Source of the DNA: Candidatus Lindowbacteria bacterium RIFCSPLOWO2_12_FULL_62_27
GTDB taxonomy: Bacteria > Lindowbacteria > 2-12-FULL-62-27
Assembly: GCA_001784175.1 (NCBI GenBank)
Contig: MFPR01000004.1
Location: 124,001-188,000 of the forward strand
Length of the DNA: 64,000 nt
Reading direction: 5' to 3'
The position numbers were made by a program, and so were the translations under genes. Below are positions 45,346 through 62,936 of the stretch, one piece after another. Numbering within the stretch: position 1 is the stretch's first letter; every line of letters begins with the position of its first letter. The notes below the pieces were generated by a model. It had not been told where the DNA came from. It ran no database searches and saw only the letters and a list, made by a program, of their open reading frames with translations.

Positions 45346-46619
45346 ATCAACTCCGGGCCGAACTGCAGTTTAATTTTCTGGAGATTTTCGTTGACGCCGG
45401 CGTCGAGCTTCGTCATGTCGGCGTCGAACGCAAGTTTGTCTCTGTGCTGCCGCCTGATTTTTTCGAGGCGGTCGGACCGGAGTTCCGCGGAGGCGATCCA
45501 GTCGAGGTCGGCGAGGGCGGCCGCCATGCGGACGATGCAGGCCTCAGTGGTGATGTTGGGCGTGTAGTGCAAAAGCACGGTGTCGTAATGATGAAGCATG
45601 GCCGACTGGATGATGGTGGCGGGAAGGCGCCAGATGGTGAAGAGGAATCCGCCGAGGTCGGCGTGCGTGGCGCCCACCGCCTCTTTTTCGGCGGCCAACT
45701 GATTTTTCCCGCCGGCAACCTCCGCGTCGATTTTCTCCTGCCGGTCGCGGTAAAACTGCCGGAGGACGAGTTCTCCGATGTTGTGGAGCAATCCGCAGAG
45801 GAACATCTCGTCCGGCGCGTCCCTGCGGAGCGCGCGGCCGATCTGACGGCTCCACTCCGCCGTCGCGAGGCTGTGCGCCCAGAATTTTCGGGACACAGGT
45901 TTAGGGATTTTCTTGAATTTTTGCAGGCAGGCCACGGCGATGATCAGGGATCGAAGCCGGTCGATGCCCAGGATCATGATCGCCTCCTTCACGGTTTTCA
46001 CCTTGCTCGCCAGATCGACCCAGGCCGAATTGACCACGCGCATGAGGGTGGCCGCGATGGCCGGATCCAGGCTCAGCACGTCCGCCACCTGATCGAGGTC
46101 GACCCCGGGCGCGTTTAACAGGGCACAGGCCCGCTGGGCCGTCTCGGGCAATGCCGCAATTTCCCTGATCCGGCCCAGGACCTGCTGAACCTCCCGGTCC
46201 AGCTCGATTTTCGCGTCGGTGGGCGCCTCCCTATGGATCCGGGACAAGTCCTGGTTTGACGCGAAGAAGTCCCGGACGTGCGACGTGATTTTGCCGCGCG
46301 GGAGGACGCCGAGGACGATCACCGCCTCGACAAAAAGGTAGAAATCCTCCTGCTGGAGGATGAGAAGCTCCTCGATTTGAGCGGGCGTCATCAGGTTCAA
46401 CCGCACCGCGCACACCCCGAAGGACTCGCCTGTCTGGGATTGCTCAAGAAGCACCGCGTTGATGTGTTCCGGCGGGAGGTATCCCATGAGACTGCTCAGG
46501 TGTCCGATGCGCCGGTCAAAATCGGCGCTCTTGAGCACGCACCGGCGGATGTCCGCGGTGGACATCAGTTGGTTGGTTTGAAGATATTGGAGGAATTTCT
46601 GCAACCGCTCGATCTTCAT
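45342..46619 (-). CDS. HDOD-domain signalling protein with N-terminal MshEN-like repeats
   Basis: DPAIAATLMRVVNSA, FWAHSLA, GLLHNIG, HADLG...WRLP; N-terminal RIG...GY....I...L..Q. Confidence 0.85.
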   Translation of the reverse strand: MKIERLQKFLQYLQTNQLMSTADIRRCVLKSADFDRRIGHLSSLMGYLPPEHINAVLLEQSQTGESFGVCAVRLNLMTPAQIEELLILQQEDFYLFVEAVIVLGVLPRGKITSHVRDFFASNQDLSRIHREAPTDAKIELDREVQQVLGRIREIAALPETAQRACALLNAPGVDLDQVADVLSLDPAIAATLMRVVNSAWVDLASKVKTVKEAIMILGIDRLRSLIIAVACLQKFKKIPKPVSRKFWAHSLATAEWSRQIGRALRRDAPDEMFLCGLLHNIGELVLRQFYRDRQEKIDAEVAGGKNQLAAEKEAVGATHADLGGFLFTIWRLPATIIQSAMLHHYDTVLLHYTPNITTEACIVRMAAALADLDWIASAELRSDRLEKIRRQHRDKLAFDADMTKLDAGVNENLQKIKLQFGPELI

Positions 46620-46635
46620 TCGGCACGCCTCCTCA

Positions 46636-46708
46636 AGCCGGCGGCCGGAGTCGAACCGGCGACCTACTCATTACAAGTGAGTTGCTCTACCGACTGAGCT
46701 ACGCCGGC
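46636..46708 (-). tRNA. tRNA-Thr(TGT)
   Basis: GCCGGCGTAGCTCAGTCGGTAGAGCAACTCACTTGTAATGAGTAGGTCGCCGGTTCGACTCCGGCCGCCGGCT; full cloverleaf; CCA not encoded. Confidence 0.97.
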
Positions 46709-46726
46709 GTAAACAGCAGGCGCGGT

Positions 46727-51055
<4,329 letters not shown>

Positions 51056-51067
51056 GGGAATCTCCTC

Positions 51068-54589
<3,522 letters not shown>

Positions 54590-54614
54590 AGTTCACACCT
54601 CTTTTTCGTTGATG

Positions 54615-55007
<393 letters not shown>

Positions 55008-55043
55008 CTCAGTAGTACCTCCTTTCCTCGCAAATCGTATCCC

Positions 55044-55577
55044 TCATGATTTTTTCCGGGCCACCTGCCCGAGCACCTGCACCAGCGCGCGCTGGGGCTG
55101 GGAAAGGACCGTGACCAGCCGCCGAAGAGGACTGGCGATCAGGCCCACCGTCTGGCCAAGCAGGGCCGGGCGGGACGGCAGCGCCGCCAACCGCGCGACG
55201 TCGACCGATTCGAGGTACCGGCCCGACACAAACCCGGCCTTGACGCGGAAGGCCTCCCGCTCGTCCGAGAATTCTTTCAGCGCCTTGGCCAGCGCCACCG
55301 GATCGCCGAAACAGAAGACCGCGGCCGTCGGACCCTTGAGGTGCATCGTCAGGGGCGCCGCGCCGGGTATTTCCTTCAGCGCGATTTTGGTCAGGCGGTT
55401 CTGCAGGATCCGCAGCTCGCCCTGGATCTGGCGCAGCTTCATCCGAAGCCGCGTCAGGTCCAATACCGTGAGGCCCTGGTACTGGGCCAGAATCACGCCG
55501 TCGGCCTTGGAGAGCTTCTCCGACAATTGCGAGACGATCCAGCGCTTGCTTTCGCCGGGGATTCGGTCGGCGCTCAT
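55044..55577 (-). CDS. rplJ: 50S ribosomal protein L10
   Basis: YQGLTV, NRLTKIAL, LKGPTA, LAALPSR; position between rplA and rplL. Confidence 0.93.
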   Translation of the reverse strand: MSADRIPGESKRWIVSQLSEKLSKADGVILAQYQGLTVLDLTRLRMKLRQIQGELRILQNRLTKIALKEIPGAAPLTMHLKGPTAAVFCFGDPVALAKALKEFSDEREAFRVKAGFVSGRYLESVDVARLAALPSRPALLGQTVGLIASPLRRLVTVLSQPQRALVQVLGQVARKKS

Positions 55578-56284
55578 GCGAAGTCGTCCCAGAGCGCGAC
55601 CGGGTCGAGCGCGACCGCCGGCCCCATGCAAGGCGCGATCGAGGCGGCCCGGAAAAATTCTCCGCGGCCACCCAGCACCCTGGGCTTGGACGCGATGATG
55701 GTCCTCACCAGGGTCTCGGCGTTGCGAAAGAGCGCGTCGTCCGAAAAAGAAGCCTTGCCGACGAACATGTGGACGTTGCCCTCCTTGTCGTTGCGGTACG
55801 ACACCTGGCCGGCGCGCAGTTTGTCGACGGCGCCCTTGAGGTCCGCCGTGACCGTGCCGGTCTTGGGCGACGGCATGAGGCCCCGGGGTCCGAGAATTTT
55901 CCCGAGCTTGCCGACCTTGGCCATTTCGTCGGGGGTGGAGATCACGGCGTCGAATTCCAGGAATCCCTCCTGGATCTTCTTGAACAGCTCGTCGTCCGCG
56001 ATCAGGTCCGCGCCCGCAGCGCGCGCCTCCGATATCTTTTCGCCCTTCGCAAACACCAGTATCCGGATCTTCTTGCCGGTGCCGCCCGGCAACACCACGC
56101 TGCCGCGCACCTGCTCCTCGGCCTTGGTGGGGTCGATCCCCAGCCGGAGGGCCATCGTCACGGTCTCGTCGAACTTGGCGGTCGCCATCTTCTTCACCAT
56201 CCCGACCGCCTCCCGCAGCCGGTACCGGCGGGCCGCCTCCAGAAGCTGGGCGGCGGAACGGTATCGCTTGGAACGGCGTTTCAT
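55574..56284 (-). CDS. rplA: 50S ribosomal protein L1
   Basis: KFDETV, LGPRGLMPSPKTGTV. Confidence 0.97.
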   Translation of the reverse strand: MKRRSKRYRSAAQLLEAARRYRLREAVGMVKKMATAKFDETVTMALRLGIDPTKAEEQVRGSVVLPGGTGKKIRILVFAKGEKISEARAAGADLIADDELFKKIQEGFLEFDAVISTPDEMAKVGKLGKILGPRGLMPSPKTGTVTADLKGAVDKLRAGQVSYRNDKEGNVHMFVGKASFSDDALFRNAETLVRTIIASKPRVLGGRGEFFRAASIAPCMGPAVALDPVALWDDFA

Positions 56285-56285
56285 G

Positions 56286-56720
56286 TCAGATGACCTCCAC
56301 GCCCATGCTGCGGGCAGTGCCGGCCACGATGCGTTCCGCGGCCTCGACCTTGTCGGTGTTCATGTCCGGCAGTTTCATTTTGGCGATTTCGCGAATCTTG
56401 TCCTTCGATATTTTTCCGACCTTGACCTTGCCCGGGTCCTGCGACCCCTTGGCCAGACCCGCCTCGCGGCGGATCAGGACGGCAGCCGGCGGCGTTTTCA
56501 GGATGAAGGTGAAACTCTTGTCCTGAAACACGTCGATGACGACCGGCAGGACCAGCCCGGATTCCATGTTGGCGGTTTTGGCGTTGAACTGCTTGCAAAA
56601 ATCCATGATGTTCACGCCGTGCTGTCCGAGCGCGGGTCCGACCGGCGGCGCAGGCTTGGCCTGGCCGGCGGGGACCTGAAGTTTGATCTGCGTCAGCAGT
56701 TTTTTCTTTGGCGGCGCCAT
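56286..56720 (-). CDS. rplK: 50S ribosomal protein L11
   Basis: [32 protein letters not shown]. Confidence 0.98.
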   Translation of the reverse strand: MAPPKKKLLTQIKLQVPAGQAKPAPPVGPALGQHGVNIMDFCKQFNAKTANMESGLVLPVVIDVFQDKSFTFILKTPPAAVLIRREAGLAKGSQDPGKVKVGKISKDKIREIAKMKLPDMNTDKVEAAERIVAGTARSMGVEVI

Positions 56721-56721
56721 G

Positions 56722-57495
56722 TCACACCTTCTCCACTTGATCGAAATCGAGGTCCACAGGGGTGGCGCGGCCGAAAATTTCAACCTGGATTTTCAGGCGG
56801 CCACGGTCGACGTCCATTTCGAGAATGGTTCCGTTGAAGTCCATGAAGGGCCCGTTGATGATGCGGACCGTTTCGCCGACCTCGTAGATGATCTTCGGTC
56901 TTTCCTTCGTTTCCGTCATGAACACCCGGATGCGGCTGATCTCGGCGTCGGTGACCGGCACCGGACCGCTGCCGCCGATCCCGCCGACGAACCGGGCCAG
57001 GTTCGGCAACCGCCGGATCTGCTTCAGCACCGGCTCCGTGGCCTTCATCCGCACAAACACGTATCCCGGAAACAGCTTGCGCTTCTTGATATGCTTTTTG
57101 CCCCGCTTGACCTCCACCACATCCTCGACAGGAATCAGCACGTCCGCCATGCAGTCGGCCAGACCCTCCCGGGTGAGCGTGGTGACCATCGTATGTTTCA
57201 CCTTCTCCTCGTTTCCGGACAGCGTGTGGAGAATGTACCAGCCGAAATCAGAACCCTCGGCCGGTTTGAGTTTGCCGCCGTCACCCGCCGCGTGGCGGCC
57301 GGCCGGCCGGGCCACGGCCGATTCCGCGGGCGCCGACTCCGCCGGCGTCTCGTCGGGCGCATCTGCAACCGTCGCCGGCTCTTCTTCCGTCACGACCGGG
57401 TCCGAACTTTCGGCCGGAGGCGCTGACGTGCCCGGCGCCTCCGGAAGCGCAGACGCGTCCTCCGGCTTGCTTTGATTCTCGTCTAATTCGCTCAT
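56722..57495 (-). CDS. nusG: Transcription termination/antitermination factor NusG with acidic N-terminal extension
   Basis: [35 protein letters not shown]. Confidence 0.96.
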   Translation of the reverse strand: MSELDENQSKPEDASALPEAPGTSAPPAESSDPVVTEEEPATVADAPDETPAESAPAESAVARPAGRHAAGDGGKLKPAEGSDFGWYILHTLSGNEEKVKHTMVTTLTREGLADCMADVLIPVEDVVEVKRGKKHIKKRKLFPGYVFVRMKATEPVLKQIRRLPNLARFVGGIGGSGPVPVTDAEISRIRVFMTETKERPKIIYEVGETVRIINGPFMDFNGTILEMDVDRGRLKIQVEIFGRATPVDLDFDQVEKV

Positions 57496-57701
57496 TGCCC
57501 CACCAACAGTCCCACGAGTTTTCTGAACGTCACGTCGAGCAAGGCGAGGAACACTCCGAAGATGGCTACGCAGAGGAAGACCACGTACGTCGACTCCACC
57601 AACTCATCTTTCGTCGGCCACGACACTTTCCCGTCCTTCGGCCGGATTTCCGTCCAAACCTCCTCGAGAAACACCCTCAAACGCTGGTACCACGTCATCA
57701 T
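57492..57701 (-). CDS. secE: Preprotein translocase subunit SecE
   Basis: KVSWPTKDEL plus one TM; position between tRNA-Trp and nusG. Confidence 0.9.
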   Translation of the reverse strand: MMTWYQRLRVFLEEVWTEIRPKDGKVSWPTKDELVESTYVVFLCVAIFGVFLALLDVTFRKLVGLLVGQ

Positions 57702-57810
57702 CAAAAACCCCTTCTTACGTCCCGACTCTCCCCGTTGCAGGACATCGGAGGGTTTGCCATCCATGGCAAACCTGACCCCTGACGCAACGGGGACAATACA
57801 TCCTTGTATG

Positions 57811-57883
57811 CAGGCCAGGAGGGATTTGAACCCCCAACCTTCGGTTTTGGAGACCGTCGCTCTGCCGTTGGAGCTACTGGCCT
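57811..57883 (-). tRNA. tRNA-Trp(CCA)
   Basis: AGGCCAGTAGCTCCAACGGCAGAGCGACGGTCTCCAAAACCGAAGGTTGGGGGTTCAAATCCCTCCTGGCCTG. Confidence 0.96.
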
Positions 57884-58031
57884 ATTTGGTCTCTATGTGC
57901 TCCGTATGTTTTCCACACCAGGGACAAAACTTCCGCCGCTTGAGCCGCTCCTTCTGAGTGCGCCTGTTTTTTTTCGTACTGTAATTCCGCCTCTTACACG
58001 CCGAACATTCCATGGTAATAGGTTCGTACAT
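57882..58031 (-). CDS. rpmG: 50S ribosomal protein L33 (Zn-ribbon, C+ form); not in the ORF track
   Basis: [57 protein letters not shown]. Confidence 0.95.
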   Translation of the reverse strand: MYEPITMECSACKRRNYSTKKNRRTQKERLKRRKFCPWCGKHTEHIETK

Positions 58032-58085
58032 GACAAAACTCCTCCTCTCCCAAAGGCCCGCTTTGGGCGCACAAGAAAACAGGCT

Positions 58086-58115
58086 AGTCTATGTTGCCGA
58101 CGAAGTAAATGTCAA
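58086..58115 (-). promoter_or_regulatory. sigma70-type promoter of the rpmG-rpoBC operon
   Basis: TTGACA-N18-TAGACT. Confidence 0.6.
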
Positions 58116-58153
58116 GTTCCACGGAGAAGAAATTCGGACGCGTATTCGGCGCC

Positions 58154-59329
58154 CTACTGCTTGCTCACCTGCTCGTAGGCCGCGTTCAGGTCCCGGGCCC
58201 TTTCTTTGAGTTCCGAGAGAGTCGTGTCGACCTCGCGGTCCCAGCCCTCGGTCTGGGGTTTGTCCCTGGCGCCGCTCTGGAGGCTGTGGAGGAGGACTTC
58301 GAAGGCGTTGATGAGGGTCATGCTGGTGACGCTGACGGTGTCGATGAGGGCGAGATATTTTTTGATCTGGTCGTCGGCGGCGAGGAGGGATCCGTTGGTG
58401 ATCGGCAGGCGCTCGGAGAGGATTTTGGTGATGAAGAGGATGAGCTGGGGATTGGCCGCGATGACTACTTCCAGTTTCGTCCCGTCGATGACGACGACGC
58501 CGGAACTTTCCCGCGCCATGAGCGTCGCCGACCTCGGCTCGAATTTGCGGCTCGCATAACCCGCCAGCACGGCGACCTCGCCGATGACGGCGCCCTTGTC
58601 CTTGATTTCGGCCACCTTGCGCCCGCCGATCTGGACGTCCAGAGATCCGCTCTGCAAAATGAAAATTTCCCGGCCTTCCTCGCCCTCCCGGCACAGGATC
58701 TCTCCCGTATTGTATTGCTTCGCGCCGGCGCCGGTCGGAGGCGCCTCCGAGGGCGGCGGAGGCGGCGGGGCGGGCGGCGGACCGGAAACCACTTCCTGCC
58801 CGCGGCTGACGCCCTCGCCCATGCCGTAACAGATGTGCGATTTGGCCTTGTCGAAAATGCTCTTGGCCCAGGAAAAATGCGTCTGGTCGAAGAGGTCTCC
58901 GAGGGCTTTCGATTTCTGATAGTACGTGAGCAGATACCCGTCGATGGCTTTGCGGATCTCATTGAGAAACTGCGTGTACCGGCCGAGTTTGGCGTTCGTG
59001 TCCTTGATGTATTTGGCGAGGTTGAGCGAGATGGAAAGTCCGAGGCGGGGCTGGCCGAGGATGGTTTCGTCCAGCGCCTTTTTTTTGACGTCGATGTTCT
59101 GCACGACCGAGTGGCTGACGGCGCGGATGGTGGCGCTGCGGGGCTGTTTGAGAATGGCGCCGATTTCGCCGAAGATGGAGCTCTTGTCTTTGATCTCCGA
59201 TATTTTCTTGTCCCGGCCGCGCTTGTCCTTGACCAGGACCTCGAGGTGGCCTTCCTGCAGAATGTAAATCTCGGCCGATACTTCCCCTTGCTTGCAGAGA
59301 ATCGCTCCGGGCTCCAGCTCCCTGGGCAT
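58154..59329 (-). CDS. Protein with two cyclic-nucleotide-binding domains (paralogue 1)
   Basis: GEIGAILKQPRSATIRA and GEVAVL...PRSATLMA. Confidence 0.85.
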   Translation of the reverse strand: MPRELEPGAILCKQGEVSAEIYILQEGHLEVLVKDKRGRDKKISEIKDKSSIFGEIGAILKQPRSATIRAVSHSVVQNIDVKKKALDETILGQPRLGLSISLNLAKYIKDTNAKLGRYTQFLNEIRKAIDGYLLTYYQKSKALGDLFDQTHFSWAKSIFDKAKSHICYGMGEGVSRGQEVVSGPPPAPPPPPPSEAPPTGAGAKQYNTGEILCREGEEGREIFILQSGSLDVQIGGRKVAEIKDKGAVIGEVAVLAGYASRKFEPRSATLMARESSGVVVIDGTKLEVVIAANPQLILFITKILSERLPITNGSLLAADDQIKKYLALIDTVSVTSMTLINAFEVLLHSLQSGARDKPQTEGWDREVDTTLSELKERARDLNAAYEQVSKQ

Positions 59330-59363
59330 GGGTCTTTGGACTAGGACCTACCGGGCCGGCGGG

Positions 59364-60554
59364 TCAGATCGTCTTCCATTTTTGGGCCAGGCCTTCAAAC
59401 CCTTCGTGAAACTCCGACGCCCGCTCCTGAATGTCCGCGAGTCTCGCCTGGACCTCCTCCGCGTACCCCTGGGTCTCCGCCTTGTCTTTGCCGCCGCTCT
59501 GCAGATTGGTCCGCAGAAGTTCATACGCGCCCATGAGCGACGCGGGACCGGCGGCGTCGAGCAGGGACAAATACTTGTTGATGCGCTCCTCGTCGGACAG
59601 GAAAACCAGGTTGGTGTTGAAGAGCCGGCAGGAGAGGCTTTGCGCAATCAGCAGGATCAATGCGGGATTGGACGCGATCAGAGATTCGAGCCGCGACGCT
59701 TCGACGACGATCACGCTGGAGTCCTCCCGGGCGACGATCGTGCCCGACCGGGGCTCGAAACGGCGGGTGGTATATCCGACCAACACGGAAACCTCGCCGA
59801 TGACCGACCCCTTGTCCTTGACCTCGGAAACCTTCCGGCCGCCCACCAGGATGTCGAGCGTCCCGCTCAACAGAATAAAGAAATCCCGGCCCTCCTCGCT
59901 CTCCTTCCCCAGCGTCTCTCCGGCTTTGAAATTCCTGCCTTCCGCAAGCCCGGCCGGAATTTCCGGCGGCGGGGGCGGCGTCGAGTGGGCGGCGGCCGTA
60001 TCTTCGGCGAAGGGTTCCTGGCCGCGGCCCAGGCCATCGCCAAGGCCGAAGCAGGGGTGGGATTTGGCTTTGTCGTGGATGGTTTTGACCCACGCAAGTT
60101 TGGTCTGCTCGTGAAGATCGCCCAGGGACTTGGTTTTCTGAAAGTAATACAGGAGACAGGCGTCGGCGTACTTTCGAAGCGCCGTCGAGAACTGCGCGTA
60201 CTGCGACAGCCGGAGATTGGTGTCCTTGAGATAGCGCGCGAGGTGCATGGAAATGGAAAACCCGAGTTTGGGCTGGGCGAGGATGGTCTGGTCGAGGGCC
60301 TTGTTTTTCGTGTCGATTTTCTGGACCACCGCGTGGTGGACGGCCCGGATCGACGCGCTGCGCGGCTTTTTCATGATCGCGCCGAACTCGCCGAATACGG
60401 CGTGCTTGCCGGAAATCTTCGAGATCACCTTGTCCCGGCCGCGCTTGTCGCGGACCGATACGTCGAGGTCGCCATCCTGCAGGATGTAAATTTCCGACGA
60501 GGCGTCGCCCTGTTTGCAGAGCGTGTCGCCCGGATTCAGTTCAACCTGCACCAT
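59364..60554 (-). CDS. Protein with two cyclic-nucleotide-binding domains (paralogue 2)
   Basis: GEFGAIMKKPRSASIRA and GEVSVL...PRSGTIVA; collinear with paralogue 1. Confidence 0.85.
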   Translation of the reverse strand: MVQVELNPGDTLCKQGDASSEIYILQDGDLDVSVRDKRGRDKVISKISGKHAVFGEFGAIMKKPRSASIRAVHHAVVQKIDTKNKALDQTILAQPKLGFSISMHLARYLKDTNLRLSQYAQFSTALRKYADACLLYYFQKTKSLGDLHEQTKLAWVKTIHDKAKSHPCFGLGDGLGRGQEPFAEDTAAAHSTPPPPPEIPAGLAEGRNFKAGETLGKESEEGRDFFILLSGTLDILVGGRKVSEVKDKGSVIGEVSVLVGYTTRRFEPRSGTIVAREDSSVIVVEASRLESLIASNPALILLIAQSLSCRLFNTNLVFLSDEERINKYLSLLDAAGPASLMGAYELLRTNLQSGGKDKAETQGYAEEVQARLADIQERASEFHEGFEGLAQKWKTI

Positions 60555-60585
60555 GGTGTCTCCTTTTGCGAATACATCCATATAT

Positions 60586-60659
60586 TCGGGGTGGTGAGAT
60601 TCGAACTCACGACCACACGCACCCCATGCGTGTGCGCTACCAAGCTGCGCTACACCCCG
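60586..60659 (-). tRNA. tRNA-Pro(GGG)
   Basis: CGGGGTGTAGCGCAGCTTGGTAGCGCACACGCATGGGGTGCGTGTGGTCGTGAGTTCGAATCTCACCACCCCGA. Confidence 0.96.
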
Positions 60660-60973
60660 TCGTACTCCCCACGAAGAATCTTGAGCGCCTCCTGCAAATC
60701 CTCCCGCACGGCCGACAGCGAATCCGACTGCTGGGCCAGGCGCCGGCGGCGCTCCAGCCGGCGCTTGACGCCGACCATCGTCATGCCCTCATCTCGAAGC
60801 ATCTGGCGGATGCGCTGCAAGAGGGCCACGTCCTCCGTCCGGTATCGCCGCTGGCCGGTTTTCGTCTTTTCCGGCCGCAGCGCCGGGAAGGATTTTTCCC
60901 AGTAGCGGATGACATGCGGATTTTCGCCGATCGCCTCGCTCACCTGACGGATCGTATAGTATAGCTGATTCAT
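60650..60973 (-). CDS. MerR-family transcriptional regulator
   Basis: YYTIRQVSE..HVIRYWEKSFP.L.P.K...QRRY; the commonly seen merR-tRNA-Pro(GGG) pairing. Confidence 0.9.
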   Translation of the reverse strand: MNQLYYTIRQVSEAIGENPHVIRYWEKSFPALRPEKTKTGQRRYRTEDVALLQRIRQMLRDEGMTMVGVKRRLERRRRLAQQSDSLSAVREDLQEALKILRGEYDGV

Positions 60974-61025
60974 ACCCAGCCGGCATTATATATATATGGA
61001 GAGGCGGACGCAATGCCGCGCCGCG

Positions 61026-62936
61026 CTAACTGACAAACTCATACTGGGCCGCCGGCCGGGGCGCCAGGGCTTCCGGCATCGGCTCCGCCATGTGCCGGAT
61101 CCTGAGGACGGGCTTGTTTTTCATGGCCTTGGCCAGCCGCTGCAGCGCGGGTTTGACCGAGGCCGGGACTGGATCGGGTCCGTAGATCAATACAAAGGCG
61201 TCACAGCATTCCGACACTTCCTCGAAAGCGTCGCTGCGGCCAAGCGGGGCCACGTCGAGAAGGACCGTGCGGTTTGCCGCGCTTTCCTTCAAAAACGCCT
61301 GCATCTTCTTTTTTACTTTCAGGTCCGCCATTTCCTTCTCCAGGTGAGGCGCGAACAGGGGAAGAAGAAAGACGCGGTCCAGCGGCGTCGTCAGGACCGA
61401 CTGCGACCAGGGCTCGGTGGCGAAGATGTCGTGAGAGGACGCCGGAATGGAAAAGAATGAATGCAGGTTGGGCGCGGTGTGGTGGAGATCGACGAGGACC
61501 ACCGGGCGGCTGCGGCGGATCGACACGGCGAGATTGGCGACAAAGGTCGACGTGCCGGACCCGCTGCGCACCGCCGCCACGCCTACGACCGGCGCCTGGG
61601 AGTTGGGAAGCTTGTCCAGAAGGCTTTGGGCGGACTGTTCGAAAAATTCGGAAGCGGCGGAGGTCGGCGCGAAAACCGTGTAGAGGCCCTTCTCGACCGA
61701 AGGCAAGCGCGGATACGAGACCCAGGCCTGGCCGGGCAGTTCCGATTCATCCACGGTTTTTTCAGGCGCCGGCGGCGCCGGCGGCGTCTCGATCGCCGGC
61801 AGGGGTTTGCGCGCCCTGACAGCCGCCCGCGCGGACGGAAGTTCGGGCGGCGCCGGAGACGCGGGCGGCCCCGCCGGAGACGGCGCGGATCGACCCGCAA
61901 AACCGGCGATGCCCAGCACGTATCCGGCCAGCAGGGCGGCGGCCGTCCAGAGAAAGAGACTCAGCGGCAATTTCCCCGCGTCCAGTTGTTTTTCCGAAAC
62001 CAGCTCTCGAACCACCGTCTGGGTTTCGGTCCACGTCAGATGCAGAGCCGACCGCGCCTCCGGTTCGGCCGCCGGTTCCGGCGGCTGGGACTCTTCAGCG
62101 ACCGTCGCCGATGCAGCCGGACCGGATCGGAGAATCCGCTTTTCATCGCGTTCCAGTTGCTGTTTCTTCTTCTGAAACTCCGCGCGACGGCGCTCCCATC
62201 GCGCCTCCTCTTCCGATTCCGCCACGAGAACCCGGCGGTCGAGACTGCTCCGGATGGCGGCGATCTCCTGCTGAAGTTCCCCGACCCGCGGATGGGACGG
62301 GGTGTAATGGTCGATCGCTTCCGCCAGCGTCATTTCAAGGTCGACCAGTTTCTGTTTCAACTCCCTGGATTCTTCATCCCGCTGCAGCAATTCTTCGGGG
62401 TGCCGGTACTTCCGGCGTGACGCCATGACCCGCGCGTGGGATTTTTCCGCCTCGTCCCAGCCTTTCATCAAGCTCGCCTTCTTCTGCCGGATCTCGCGCG
62501 CCTGTGCGCCGGCGGGTTTGCGGGATGCGGCGACCGCGCGGCCGCGGGCGCGGGGTTTTTGACGCGCCTTGGGCGGCGCCAATTCCTCGACCATTTTTTG
62601 AGTCAAGTCTCTGAGCGGAAGCACCGACGCGGGCGGCAGCGTGGCGGAGAGGTCAATCCGTGTCACCGGCGAATCGTAGGCGTCCTTCCGGAGTTGACCG
62701 TCAAACGGCGAGAGGAGCGACACGATCTGCCGGGCCACCGGCTCGATGGTGTCGAGGGACGCTCCAGAGAGGCTCGCGACGACGCGGGTCGCCGGTTTCT
62801 CCAGCCACCTTTGTTCCTCCTTCATCCACTGGCCGCCGATCCATCCGGCCAGAGGTTTGCTCATGGACCAGAGCGCGTAAAATCCGCCGGCCAGGATGAG
62901 AAGAACCAGCCCGACAGAAATCCAGCGGCGCATCAA
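61026..62936 (-). CDS. Wzc-like polysaccharide co-polymerase with degenerate kinase domain
   Basis: Two TMs flanking a coiled coil with YTPSHPRV; C-terminal P-loop-like SGSGTSTFVANLA, VLVDL, VLLDVAP. Confidence 0.65.
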   Translation of the reverse strand: MMRRWISVGLVLLILAGGFYALWSMSKPLAGWIGGQWMKEEQRWLEKPATRVVASLSGASLDTIEPVARQIVSLLSPFDGQLRKDAYDSPVTRIDLSATLPPASVLPLRDLTQKMVEELAPPKARQKPRARGRAVAASRKPAGAQAREIRQKKASLMKGWDEAEKSHARVMASRRKYRHPEELLQRDEESRELKQKLVDLEMTLAEAIDHYTPSHPRVGELQQEIAAIRSSLDRRVLVAESEEEARWERRRAEFQKKKQQLERDEKRILRSGPAASATVAEESQPPEPAAEPEARSALHLTWTETQTVVRELVSEKQLDAGKLPLSLFLWTAAALLAGYVLGIAGFAGRSAPSPAGPPASPAPPELPSARAAVRARKPLPAIETPPAPPAPEKTVDESELPGQAWVSYPRLPSVEKGLYTVFAPTSAASEFFEQSAQSLLDKLPNSQAPVVGVAAVRSGSGTSTFVANLAVSIRRSRPVVLVDLHHTAPNLHSFFSIPASSHDIFATEPWSQSVLTTPLDRVFLLPLFAPHLEKEMADLKVKKKMQAFLKESAANRTVLLDVAPLGRSDAFEEVSECCDAFVLIYGPDPVPASVKPALQRLAKAMKNKPVLRIRHMAEPMPEALAPRPAAQYEFVS

